From Sphyrna mokarran (lineage: Eukaryota), in the NCBI GenBank assembly GCA_024679065.1, contig JAGIQG010000028.1, positions 992,001 to 1,056,000 of the forward strand: DNA of 64,000 nucleotides, given 5' to 3'. Each line of letters begins with the position of its first letter. The first letter of the stretch is position 1. Position numbers and translations under genes: made by a program. The notes under the pieces are model-generated. The model had not been told where the DNA came from and searched no databases. It saw nothing but the letters and a program-made list of their open reading frames with translations. Shown piece after piece: positions 10,834 through 23,409 of this stretch.

Positions 10834-10898
10834 ATGTCTTCGATTATGTCTGTAAAGTGCCTTTGATCCAATTCTTAATTTGAAATCAGTTTAATCTT

Positions 10899-11012
10899 TA
10901 ATTTACAGAATCCAATTCTTTTGGAATGTGTAATTTATAGAATTCCCATTCTTTGGAAATGTGTAATTTATAGAATTCCCATTCTTTGGAAATGTGTAAT
11001 TTATAGAATTCC
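10899..11012 (+). repeat. 33-bp minisatellite, about 3.5 copies
   Basis: Unit aatgtgtaatttatagaattcccattctttgga. Confidence 0.95.
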
Positions 11013-12170
11013 TATGTTTGGAGATGCTTCCCACAATATTTTCCAGGAGTCCCCTCTGCTTCAGGAAGTTTACTCTGAGAACAGTTGGTTAAAGGAAGGC
11101 TCTAAACTTGTCCTATGTTTGTGCTGGAGAAGCAAATCGCACTCGCTGTGGGGGTGAGTGCATGCTGAGGGGGCTTCATCATCACTGGATTGCTGGGGAA
11201 ATCCCAATGGGTCTCTCTCCAGTGGCTATGGACCCTTTTACCAGTGGAAGCATGGACACTGAGAATCTGACTCTTTAATCTGTGTTATCACAATTAAATG
11301 ATCGCTTGATTGAAATCTCCGTTGAGTCTGACAATGAGAAGTATTTATTTGGAATAAGCTATGCATCTTGCAAGGAGGGAACAGAGAGAGAACATTAATC
11401 ACACAAATCCTGTCAAACCACGCTTACAGTGTTTACAGAGGATGTATTTATATCACAATCCCTTTGTAAATGCTGAATTGCTTTCACTTGACAATATCCC
11501 TAGCATTGTTATGTAAGCTGAAGCAATGTTTAAAAATCTCCCTTCGCTTTGTAATCAGATTGACCCCGACATTCATTTACGTGTTGTGCTGGTTTTAGAA
11601 TCCGCGTTCTGGATGGGCTGCCCAAGCGCTGCTAGAACACTTTCCAAAAACAAAAGGACATACCGACCATTCTGAAAAGTGAATATATTTTGGATATTCG
11701 GTTTCCTGCTGGAATTTGATTTTGGTCTTTCTAAATTTAACATGACGCAGACAAACAGATTAAATATACAGTTTGCAGTTCCCTCCACTTGGAAATAACC
11801 CCTGCAGGGTTTGATATGTCATTTATATAAATCATTTGATGTATCATTTAGATCAAACATTAGATCATGTTCAAGATGCAGTGTGAAGCTTTATCTTGTC
11901 AGCTTAAATCTTGTTTGTCTCTCTTATGGGGACCATGAATTGAATTCAATTGGATTTTGAATTTGTTTTTTGGAGCAGCAAGAAATAGATTCGGCTTGGC
12001 CTGGTCCATTCTGAGCATTGGTGCTCTGTAACTGTAAGGGTGAAGTAAAAGTTAAAAAATATACATTATAAAATACAATTTAAACCTTCTACCAGAATTC
12101 TTGTTAATACATATGCAGCTGCCATTGCTCCCTGATAAAATTCCATGGCTTCGATAATATATTTCATCAT

Positions 12171-12579
12171 CTTGTGGGGAAGAGCACAGTTAGAAATGAT
12201 CAGTATAAAATTCCAATAGAATTGGAATTCAGGAAAAAGTTCTTTACACAGAGAGAGGCAAGAGTGTGGAACCCACTCCTAGGAGAAGTGGGGAGAATGT
12301 GGGACTCACTCCCAAAGGGAATGGGGGAGAATGTGACAGTCACTCCCACAAGGAGTGGGGAGGATGTAGAACTCGCTCTCACAGAGAGTGGCAAAACTGG
12401 AACTCGCTCCCAAAAGGAGGATGGAAGTGAACGGTCTGGATGTATTTAAAGGAAAGCTGGACAAACAGAGGGAGGTAGTTTTAGGTGAGAAAAGTTGAGA
12501 GGAGGTTCAGGTGGAGCATAAACAGCATCATGATGTGGTTGAGCCAAATGGCCAGTGTCAGTGCTGACTATCTTATGTG
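12171..12579 (+). mobile_element. Old CR1 3' end with an internal ~31-bp tandem expansion
   Basis: FRKKFFTQR..RVWN.L motif; about 5 diverged copies of 'gagaatgtggaactcgctcccacaaggagtgg'; CR1 tail. Confidence 0.8.
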
Positions 12580-12908
12580 ATAATAGTGGAACACAGCCTG
12601 AATGCAGAAGACCTGACTTTGTTTGTTCAAATACTTAGCTGACTTTGCTGCTGTTTGCTTAGCTTGGATTGGGAGGAAGCACCTGAAGGTCTAGTAATTA
12701 GTGCGAGTCTAGTAGGAAATGAAGTGATTGGTGGAATAATATTATCCACATATGTACTTGCCTGCTGATGGTATGTTAGATATACAGCATGTTTCAGCAT
12801 CAAGCCTGAACAGTGAATAAATGACCTGGGCCCTATTTGTGAGATTGCTGATAAGACTAATTTTATATAGTATTTAAGTAGAGAAAAGTTACAATAAAAA
12901 GGGGCTTG

Positions 12909-13596
12909 TGTATAGAACACAGAAAGCTAGCACGAGGAGCAGCAGGTAATCAGGAAGGCTAATGGAATGTTGGCCTTTATTTCCAGGGGGGTTGGAGTAT
13001 ATGAGTAGGGACGGCTTGCTGCAACTGTACAAGGTACCAGTAAGTCCACACCTGAAGCACTGTGAGCAAATTTGATCCCCTTATTAAAGAAAGATATTAT
13101 TTCATTGGAGGCAGTTCAGAGAAGGTTCCCTGGGATGATCCCCGGTTTAGAGGGATTGTCTGATGAGGAATGGTTAAACAGATGGGGACTTTACTGTTTG
13201 GAATTTAGAAAAATGAGAGGTGATTTTATTGAAACATAAAGAATTCTTAACAGGGCTTGACAGGGTAGGTGCTGAGAGAATGTTTCCCCTCTTGGGTGAG
13301 TCTAGGACCAGAGGGCACAGTCTCAGAATAAAGACTAAGATGTGGAGGAATTTCTTCTGAGAGTTGAGAGTCTTTGGAACTCCTTGTCACAGGGACCTGT
13401 GGAGATAGAGTCCTTGTGTATGTTTTAAGGCTGAGATAGATGGATTTTTGATCAGCAAAGGAATCGAGTGTTTCAGGGAAAGGACAGGAAAATGAATGTG
13501 AGGAATGTTGGATCAGTCATGATTCTATTGAATGGTGGACTCGGCTCAAGGGGCTGAATGACCTACTCCTGTTCCTATTTGTTATGGAATTATGGT
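12909..13596 (+). mobile_element. CR1 LINE 3' fragment
   Basis: KANGMLAFI, LYK...PHL, LEAVQRRF, TRGHSL and a CR1 3' UTR. Confidence 0.9.
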
Positions 13597-13860
13597 GTGT
13601 GGAACTGTAAGAATTCCAAAGTGTATATTGGCCAATGAAGGTAGGCTTGTGGTATAGTGTGATAGAGAGCCCCCTGCCATATTTTTCAATTAGTACATCG
13701 GAAAAGGGAGTTCATTTTACTGCTCAATTTCAAAGGTGAATTTGAGTATAGGATGGAGCCAATTAAAATATGTAGGTGCAGATTTAAATGTAGCAAACGT
13801 ATCATCAACATATTGGAAAAAAAGCTAGAGGTGGGATTGTTTCCCCTTAGTATTCTTGTG

Positions 13861-13894
13861 TGTTCCGATGAGTGCAGGATGAAAAGTTTCAACA
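13861..13894 (+). ncRNA. Degenerate minimal hammerhead motif, second family
   Basis: tgtt-CCGATGA-gtgcaggat-GAA-aagtttc-aaca: stem I tgtt/aaca pairs, one core substitution; sister copy at 28365. Confidence 0.45.
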
Positions 13895-14459
13895 ACGTCT
13901 CTTTTTTTCATCCATATGCTGTTTTAAGATCATCAACAATTATAATAGATGCCCCCCCTCACCCAGCCTCCACAGCACACACACAAAAAACACAATTGGC
14001 TAAATTACACAGAATTATTACTAATCTCAGTGAATTAAAACATGACCCATAGCAACCAGAATGATAGGTAAAGACAGCGCCAACACTACAAATAGATGCA
14101 AAAAGTGGCGACTCATCAATTTTCTTCTCGCTTGAAACGTGAGCACTGCTGGCAAGGCCACCAGTTATGATTAATGATGATCTGATCTAATGGCTGTAAA
14201 GATAGACATGGCATAGAGTGAAGGTAAAGGCCCATCAACAAATGCCAGCAGCAGCACTTATAAACCATTGTATCCAAATTAAAATAATTGGTATTCTTGC
14301 AAGGAAAGTCCAATAAAATACTGAGTATGCAGCACTGCTCACTGAGCTAAAGAGGATCACATTTCACAGGTGCAGTGAATTTGCATTTCGAAATCTGTTC
14401 TCCAAAGTCCAAATAAATGAAAAGTCAGCTTCTTTCAAAATAAAGATTAATAAGCAAGA

Positions 14460-16302
14460 GGTAGTCATAAAAGCACTGGACTGATACTTCAGGGCATGAG
14501 TTCATCATCCCCATCACAGAAGTTAGTGGAATTCAAATTCAACTAATGAGTAAATCTGGAATTAAAATAAGTAGTGTCAGTAATGATGACCATAAAACTA
14601 TCAGACTGTTATAGAGTGACCAGGTTGCTGTCATTACCTGGTACAGTGGTTAGCACTGTCACCTCACAGCACCAAGGATCTGGGTTCGATTCTTGGCTTG
14701 GGTCACTATCTGTATGGTGTTTGCACGTTCTCCTTGTATCTGTGTGGGTTTCTGCCCACAGTCTGAAAGATGTGCTGGTTAGGTGCATTTATCATGCTAA
14801 ATTCTCCCTCAGTGGACCCAAGCAGGTACCAGAGTGTGACAACCATGGGAATTTCACAGTAACTTTATTGCAGTGTTAATGTAAATCTACTTGTGACTAG
14901 TAAATAAACTTTATGTGACTCCAGACCCACAGCAATACAGTTGGTTTTAACTTTTCTCTGAAATAGCTTAGCAAGATATTCCATTGTGTCAAATTGCTTC
15001 AAAAAAATCAAATAAGAAAATTATTTGGATCATTCAGTAATGACCTAAGCACTGGAAAGAACAAAACCCAGGTGACATTGCAACGTCCTCCTTACTAACA
15101 TCCGGAGATTCGCATCGACATTGGGAGAACTGTCTCACAGACCAGTCAAGCAATAGCTTAACGTCGTCACATTCACAGAATCATACTTCAAAGACAATGT
15201 TGTGGACACAACCATCACTGCTCTGGAGCTGATGGTACAGCGGTAAACAGGTGGGAGGGAGTGGCCTTGGGAGATGTCAACATTTCCTCCTCACCCCCTC
15301 AAGTTAGTCAGAAGTGCCAAGTGGATAACACTGAGGTCTCCTCCAGAGGTACCTGGTATCAGTGATGTTAGTCTTCAGCCAATTCTATTCAATCCACATG
15401 ATATCAAAGCAATAGGTTAATGCAGTAGATACAGCAAAAGTTATTGGCCCCTGACAACACCCCGATTGTACCACTGAAACCTTGTGCTCCAGAATTTTTA
15501 GCCAAGCTGTTTCAGTACAGCTGCAGCACTGGCATCTTGTTGAAAATTTCCCAGTTAAATCATGTCCATGAAAAGCAGGACAAATCCTAATTGGCCAATT
15601 ACTTAGTGACAACAAGGAGCCCAAACAGAAGTGAATTTTTTGAAAGAATTAGAAAAAGAGTTGCAGTCATAATTAGCACAAAGATTATTGTGGTCAATGG
15701 AGGCTTTTCACCTTAGCCCCAGGAAAACTGTGCAGGTTTTCCTCAAATGCCTGAGGCCCAACAATCTTCAACTGTTTCATCAATTATGGGTCCTTCATCA
15801 GAAGGTCAAATGTGAGGTTGTTCACTGATGACTGCACAGCGTTCAGCACCATTGCAGCTCCTCTGATACAAGAGGAATCTGTTTCCAAATTCACCAAGTC
15901 CAGGCTTGGACTGATAAGTGGCAAGTAATATTTGTATCAGTGCCGGACAATGACCAGCTAGGGCAAAGCAGCAAGGGCATCTCAACCATCACCTTAAACA
16001 TTTACACCTTCCATCACTGATGGAAGTGGCAAAGGTGCTCTGCAGCAACTAACTCACTTTGACAGCACCTTCCAAATCCATGACTCCTACCATTGAATTG
16101 ATAAGGGCAGGAGATACCTGGAAACACCACCACCCACAAGTCACACACCATCCTGACTTGGAAATTTATCACCATGCCTTCAGTATTGCAGGGTCAAAAT
16201 CCAGGAACTCCCTCCCTAACAGCACTGTGGATGTACCTACACATCATGGACTGCAATGGTTCCAGAAGGAAGTTCACCAACACCTTAGGGATGGGTATAA
16301 AG
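14460..16302 (+). mobile_element. Internally deleted CR1-group LINE of a second lineage (5' UTR, APE start, RT pieces, 3' end)
   Basis: LLTNI..F....GELSHR.VKQ....V.FTESY (APE start, ~15088), KL.QYS..TGI, VHEK.DKS, LFTDD, GSKS.NSLP, tail 'ttagggatgggtataaa'. Confidence 0.75.
14640..14913 (+). mobile_element. V-SINE with the alternative tail, inserted in the LINE 5' UTR
   Basis: Same head, core and tail as 7702-7961; B box 'gggttcgattc'. Confidence 0.85.
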
Positions 16303-16439
16303 AGTAAAAGAAAACATCAAAATTACATCATTGAACTGAAGAATTTTAATTACCTATGAGATATTAATGATTTTGAATGAACAGTGTATGGAGAGTGCAC
16401 ATTCTTTGCTTCTTTGTTAATTCAGTGAGTTAACGGAAG

Positions 16440-16832
16440 ATAATATTCTCACCTTTAACCCTGAACATTGTTGCTTTCAAAAGCAAAACCAGAATCTTAA
16501 GTACATCACCTGAATTGATTGGTTAGCACAGCTGGTGAAGGAAAGTGAGAGAATTAGGGATTGAAACCACAAAGCATTCCTCACAGGTGGATGTAACAGA
16601 TGCCAGGGTCATATTCAGTGACAAGCAGGGGATCTTTGCCAACATTTATCCACCACCAATAGCCTCAGTGTAATTTCCTGTTCAATTCTCTCATTGTTCT
16701 CCCTTGGACCAGTCTGTACAGAAGGAGACTGCAGCTCTCCCTCACATTATTATAGTATTATCCTACAAAGCAATTTGTGATGTCCTATGATCTATGCTGA
16801 CAAGAGACATTATATCAAATTAATTCTTTTCT
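16440..16832 (+). mobile_element. Very old Deu-SINE (SacSINE1/AmnSINE-like)
   Basis: 'caggtggatgtaacagatgcc', 'agcagggga', 'gccaacatttatcc' and an L2-like tail. Confidence 0.6.
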
Positions 16833-17082
16833 TTGGTCAAAGCAATAACTGGATGCTTGGGAAATACAACACTGATAGAGAATTGTCCTTGTTCAGTAAA
16901 TATGGTCTCAAATCTCTCTCCATGAAGTATCAACTATGATTTAAATACACCTGGACATTCTTATCAGGCAGATGCTTGCAATAAGGTCAACATTTGATTG
17001 ACATGGTAGAGTTCAAAAGATTCCCAAGCTCTGGACAGTTATGATCTTACCAGCTGGAGCTGAAATGTTCCAATTATTTTCA

Positions 17083-17188
17083 GCTGTGATGAAGGGTCAT
17101 CCACTTTCCTCCACAGATTCTGACAGCCTTGGTGAAATTTGACACATTTCCTATTTTTGTTTCAGATTCTGCAGTATTTTGCTTTTAT
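17083..17188 (+). mobile_element. Penelope-type terminal repeat remnant
   Basis: 'tgatgaagggtcat...ctccacagat...ttttgtttcagatt..gcagtattttgctttta'. Confidence 0.6.
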
Positions 17189-18821
17189 GGTAACTAGAAT
17201 ATTTCTAGCCATGGAGGATAGCGTTAAATCTACGGCATTCGAGTAATTATCTCCGTGTGATATTTCTCCAGTCTCAGGTGTAACATTCAGATATTGATTG
17301 CCTCATAGTCCTATTTCCAAGTGCTTTCCTGTTCTATTCTGCCTGTTAAAGAGCTCCCCAGTTACAGGAAAGATTACATTAGTGTCGCTTCCTTATTTTA
17401 CATGAAGAAGATTTAAAGCAAAACTGGTTAGAAAGATGTTACTAACATTGAGCCATTGAGATGTTACGAACAAATGGGGCCATTTGTAGAGTGTGTGATT
17501 AATATTCAAGACAATAAAATTGTTGATTGGCTGTCAGATTCACTCAGTCACTATTTTAAATTTGACTAATTTTATAAGGAACCTTTTACTGAAACACCAA
17601 AGAACATTTTTGTGACACCATTTGACAGGTGACTTTAAGTAATGTAAATGGATTGAAATCTGAATCATAATAATCATGAAGAAAATGCTGGAATGTAACT
17701 CATGGACAATCTAACATTGATCCAATTTGTGCCGAACAATTTAAAGATGATGTGGAGGAAAAAAAAACGTTTTTAGAACATGTTCTGCTGTTTGACTGAA
17801 CTGGCAAATCTTCAAGGTCCACAACTGAACTTTGCCCGTATTCAGGAGAGGTTAACACTGGCAAGGTCAACATCAATTCCCAATAATGTAATTAACTGCA
17901 TGAGTTTTGAAACACTTGCCGAAATTATTTTTAGATATTGTAATAACTATACACAGTTAATGTATAGTTAACTATACATTATAGTTGATATACAATGTTA
18001 AGGGAAAACAAGAGTAATTACAGATATAAAACATTCATATCAAAAGTGAGAGGTATTCCTGAAGAATAGTTCATTCCTTCCCTTTTTACAGATTGAGAGT
18101 CAAGGGGATTCTTCTTTGGGGGAATTCGGTGTTACTTTTCTGAAGGGGGGCAATTTCCGCATTCCTAACTGTATGCATTGGCTTATGTTTTATCTATTCA
18201 CTGAGTGATCAGTTATCTCACTGCCAGTCCCACTCAGTGAACAGAAGAAATTTTACCAGGTCTCGTCAAACTGGACGGGAGGCAGAAATTGGAAAATTAG
18301 ACAAAGAAGTGTTAAGATACTGTGTTCCTGCCTCCTTCTGTATTAAAGCTGTATGACTCTGTGTGTACTGGTTATGTGCCCTACAGCAGCAGAAGCTGTC
18401 AATGAAACAATTAACTGGCAGTTTTTGCACTCAATTATTTTTTGTCAGGGGCGCATGGGACCCCTCTCTCCCACATGCCACCACTTCCCTCCTGAATGGG
18501 ACCCCCCCCCATTCTGAATGGAATCCCTGCCCTCCCCAATGTGACCCCTTCCCTCCTGCATGGGGTCTCCTCTCTTCCAAATGAGACTCCCTCCCTCTGC
18601 CACAATGAAGGAGGTGAGAGCACAGTGCTTTGGTTCTTCCATCTCTTTGGTGCCACCATTTCATTTGGTTCTCGTCTTCCTCAACCACACTCTCACAGCA
18701 GACATGGAGAAAGTTGTCCATTGACTCTGAGCCATTGCCCATTGAATGAGAATCCCAGAGACACTTTCTAAACTGGATAGCCTCTGCATGGCTATGTTAG
18801 TAATTCCTGGGTTCACACATG

Positions 18822-19305
18822 TGATTGCAGTGGAGAGGGTGTAAAGGAGATTTCTCAGAATGTTGCCTGGACTGGAGAATTGCAGCTTTGGTTAGGCTGG
18901 GATTGTTTTCCTTAGAGCAGAGGAGGCTGTGGGGAGGGGGATCTAATTGAGGTGTATAAAAGTAAGGAGAAGATGGATAGATAGAGTAAATGCAAAGGAT
19001 TTTTCCTTTAATAGAGAGGTTAGTAACCAGGAAGGACACCATTATGGGAATAAACAGAAAATTTGACGGGAATTTGAGAAAAACTTTTTCTTACCCATAC
19101 AGTGGTGGGAATCAGGAACTCTGTCTGAAAGGATGGTAAAGGCAATATTGGAGAAGCATTTAGATGAACTCTTGAAATGCCTCAGCACACAAAAATATAG
19201 ACCAAGTGCTGGAAATTGAGGTTAGAATAGATAGGTGCTTGATGGCTGGCGCTGGCATGATGGGCCAAAGGGCCTCTTTTTGTGCTGTATGACTGAATGA
19301 CTCTG
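18822..19305 (+). mobile_element. CR1 3' fragment
   Basis: ERV.RRF.RMLPGL, LFSLEQRRL.G and a CR1 tail. Confidence 0.88.
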
Positions 19306-19537
19306 TAACAACACAAGGATGGCCCTGTCACCCAGTGGGAAAATATCTGTGCATTGCTGCTGTCCAGAGAGAGAGGCAGCTCTGGGAGGAACTTTACTAA
19401 ACTCCCCACACACAAGGGCAATGTAAGGGACACAAGAAGGATATTTTGCACAATTGCAGACAGACTACTGTTAAAAATGGTATTCCAGGAATTTGTGTGC
19501 AATTTTCATCATCCGGCTTTCAAAATAAAACAATTAT

Positions 19538-19686
19538 CTCTTAGTGTCCAGGGATGTGTAGGTTAAGGGGATTAGTGGGTGTAATATGTAGGGATGTGGG
19601 GGTAGGGCCTGGATGGGATTGTGTTTGGTGCAGACTCGATGGGCCGAACAGCCTCTTTCTGCACTGTAGGGTTTTATGATTCTATA
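19538..19686 (+). mobile_element. HE1 SINE 3' half
   Basis: 'ggtgcagactcgatgggccgaa..cctctttctgcactgtaggg..tatgattcta'. Confidence 0.85.
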
Positions 19687-20639
19687 AAACAAGCAGAACA
19701 TTTTGGAAAGAAAATAAAAAAGCATGAGGTGGCATAAATTAAAAGAAAATGACTTTTCAATCAATTCTTGTGCAAAACAATTCAAATTTGACTTGTGAAA
19801 AATTCTCTCAGTATAGGGCAGCTCACAGGGAAGTTATGGTTAATGTAAAATGTGTGTTTCTATTCCCATCGTGTCTGCATCATCCATCAGCCACCTCCCA
19901 CCCATCTCCCACCCTCCTCCCATCCACCTCCCAGTTATTCACAAATATAAGCCATTAAAGTGTTAAGCTAACCCACTCCGAACACCCAGTAAATTCATGG
20001 CACTTTATTGAGTCGCGGTTTGCCTGTTCTCATTGATTTAGTCATTTAAAAATGTTCACCACTGCAAGGATTGATTGTCCCAAGTTCTTGTGAACGGCAA
20101 TATATTTCATAAATGAGTTTTATTTCTCTGTACTCACTGTGTGTTTTTGAGTTCTTTACCCTGTGAAACAGGCTCTGAATTACTGATATTCACCATTAAT
20201 GCTATTGGTTTACCGTCAGTCCATTCTCAATAATGGAGAGCTGTCAGCAGGTTAATTAACATTTCTTTTAAAAACATAATCTCTTTCACACTCCAACATC
20301 ACACACACAAGCAAGAGGTGGACTGAAATCTGCAGCTTCCAATCCATCACGGTCACGGTTAAGAAATTATTTCCTGCGAGAGGAATTTTACATTATTGAA
20401 GGGAATTTTTATGAAAAGCTGGAACTAGATTTAACAGTTTCTCTGCTCGATATGTTTCTGGAAAGACGGGTTGGGGGTGGGGGGGGGAGTGGGATGTAAA
20501 ATATGAGAGATGCCCACTCACCACCTCCTTCCCTTCCCCCGAACTGCCCCCCACCCTGGGTGGAGGGTGCTAAAATTAACTAAATAATTAAAAGTCAATT
20601 CAACTGGTTACTAAACCAATGTCATGTTGCTTACAAACG

Positions 20640-20845
20640 ATGTAGAGATGCCGTTGTTGGACTGGGATGGGCACAGTAAGGAGTCTCACAACATCAAGTT
20701 AAAATCTAACAGGTTTATTTTGCAAACACGAGCTTTGGGAGTGCTGCCTCTTGGTCAGGCAAGTGGACAGTTGGGTTCACAAACACAGCATATATAACCA
20801 TATCTATAGAGAGAGTTTGTGTCTATACATGCCCTGGTTGTTTGC
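20640..20845 (-). mobile_element. Penelope pseudo-LTR with a mutated hammerhead, plus a short inverted piece
   Basis: Reverse complement of 4050-4186 plus the 'ccagtccaac..ggcatctc' extension; 20813-20843 is the same repeat in + orientation. Confidence 0.8.
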
Positions 20846-21859
20846 ACATTAATCTGGTAGATATGGGCAGGCATGGGTAGACCATTTCATGAGGGGCACA
20901 TTAAAGGAGGGCAGGGAGGAAGGAGGGACATCTCATTCAGAGGGTGCCCTGTATGCACCGCAGGCCCACTCACCACAACAGGTCACATCTGTCTCTGTCC
21001 TCACTATCCAGAATCCAAACCCTCTTCCTCCCTACCCATCTCTGCTTCCTCATCACTGCTCTGTGCTCATGGATCCTTTTCCACCCGAAAAAGCCAGGAT
21101 TCACCGAGTTCGGGCAAACATCAGGACTTCTCCTATTTCCTCCAGCAGTTCCTATGTGTGAGCTCCAGTTTTGCTGGGGCTGCTGGATTTGGGGCAACTC
21201 TCAGGGATGTGACCTCCTCTCACAGAGTAACAGAAGTCCCACTTTCACCCAGTTTAGTCACCAGCAGCAAGTTATGTCTGTGAGGTTGGATTCCCAGTGT
21301 ATCAGCTGCTGGTCAGCCTTTGAAGAGCAAACAATTCAGCATCCATGACCTCCCCACCACCGACTCCCCACTCATCACTTCGTCTAGTTCAATTAGGAGA
21401 TTTTAGTTATAATAAAAAGGGTTTTATTGTCATGGATAATTATGAAGTGGATTTTATATAACTGATGGTGTAGCATTAAGTAAAGTGCATTCTGTCTGAT
21501 TTCTTCTGTATTTTGTTAAGATACACCTGATGACAAATGCTGGATGCTCAAGAACCAAAAGGAAACTTGAAGCAGCTGCCAAAACAATTTTTGAACTTTG
21601 TATATTATAAGGAGCTTTTCTGAAATAGGAAATCATTTCTCCAACCAATTGTGATGATTTTATATTAAAGCAAACATTTTTTTAAATAAAGAAATTTTTT
21701 AAAAAAAACTAAATTCAACAATAGTTTCACACAGCTAACAATACTTTAAAACAGTTTCAAAAAGACCTTAGCTTAACCTTCACTCAGAGGTAACCTTTCC
21801 TTTTTTAATGGCAATAGTCCTAATAGGTTTTTAAATGTGTAGAATTCCAGTAACCTTAA

Positions 21860-22165
21860 CATAGAATCCTACAGTACAGAAGGAGCCCTTCACCCACTGA
21901 GCCTACAATGACAACAGGCCCTTTCCCTGCAACTCACATATTTACCCTGCTAATCTCCCTAACACGAAGGTGCCATTTAGCATGGCCAATCAACCTAACA
22001 CACACACCCTTGAAGTTTGGGAGGAAACCAGAGCTCGTGAAGGAAACCCAAGCAGACACAGGAGAACATGCAAACTCCACGCAGAGAGTGACACAAGGCC
22101 AAAAATGAACCTGGGTCCCTGGTGCTGTGAGGCAGCAGCGCTAATCACTGTGCCACCATGCCACC
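21860..22165 (-). mobile_element. HE1 V-SINE, near full length
   Basis: tRNA-like head 'ggtggcacagtgattagcgctgctgcctcacagc', V-core, CR1-derived tail. Confidence 0.9.
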
Positions 22166-23409
22166 TCTCTGTGCCACCCTGTTATCTCTATATCTCTTGA
22201 GATGACAGCAAACTGGTTCTCAAGTCTGGTCTTGTCCATGCTCTGTTTTCTTTGAATTATTACCAGCCACTACTTTATCTGCTTGGATATATTACCAGCT
22301 AGCATGCTGAGAGATCTAAACAGCTAACCGCCCCCCACCCCACTCAAGCTTCAGTGTTTTCTTAAATATGTTCCTTTCTTTTGATCTCTTTACCTTCTAA
22401 TGTTTCACACAGTCTCTCAGAAGTTTCCCTTTCCCTAAATTGATCACTTCATAGATCCTATATTTTAAAAGATGAACTTTCTGTCTCTGCCATACTTACT
22501 TATAATTTGATAACTTGTATATGTTCCCCTTGGAACTAAAACAATTCATTTCAGAACTTTATTTTTTGTCTTATCAAAATTCTTATCCCAGATTGTCTTG
22601 GTTCTCTCTGCTGATTAACCTATCAAACTCACTTCTTTCACACCTTCTCATTGATGTTGAGACTCTTGGATGGAATTTTACAACCTCACTTATCCCGTTC
22701 TGTTCTCACACTGCTGAGAATGGTTTTTCTGTCAGAGTGACAGGGAGTTGGGGGGTGGGGGGGATGGTTACTGGAGGGTGGGGGTGAGGGAGTGGTGTAG
22801 GGATAGCTATTTAGGCATGGAGGCCTGATAATGTTATGCTAATTAATTCAAATGATATTCCCAAAATTGAATGTTGAGAGATGTGCCCTGTTGCTGGGGG
22901 AGGGACAATCGCGGAATGTGCTCACACTGAAATGTGATGTAGTGTCCTGGTGAGACTTTCTGCTCTCTTTGTCAAACCCACCCAATGTGCTCGGGATTGG
23001 AAAATCCCAGTCTTTGTTGCTAATCCAGTCACACCGATTGGACACACAGCATCCTGCTTTCCAGTATATTATAAATAAATATTATCAAATTAAAAATATT
23101 CTAATTTTCTGACAATTTACGGAAGGATGAAAAACTACGTCCAGGAAATCAGACTATTTATGAGCATCCAACACCCACACAGATCCAGAACTGAAAATAG
23201 AAGAGAAAAAAGATAAATGAAAATTCCAGGATTCAATTCGACAAAAACAAAGTGCTAAATATATCTGAATATGGGAGCCATCTTCAGACCAACCTTGGGG
23301 GCTAAATTTTAATCTTGAATCATACACTTGTCACATAGATAACATATTAATTAGACCATAATGTTTTACTATTATTGTTAATAATAACTGACATGTAACT
23401 AAAGATATT

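Noticed and set aside
10899-11012. 33-bp repeats (and the 59-bp array at 26020) as a CRISPR-like array
   Set aside because: Head-to-tail units with no unique spacers, no cas genes, eukaryotic context
21860-22165. tRNA genes at the SINE heads
   Set aside because: Only A/B-box-like heads fused to V-core and tail; no complete cloverleaf
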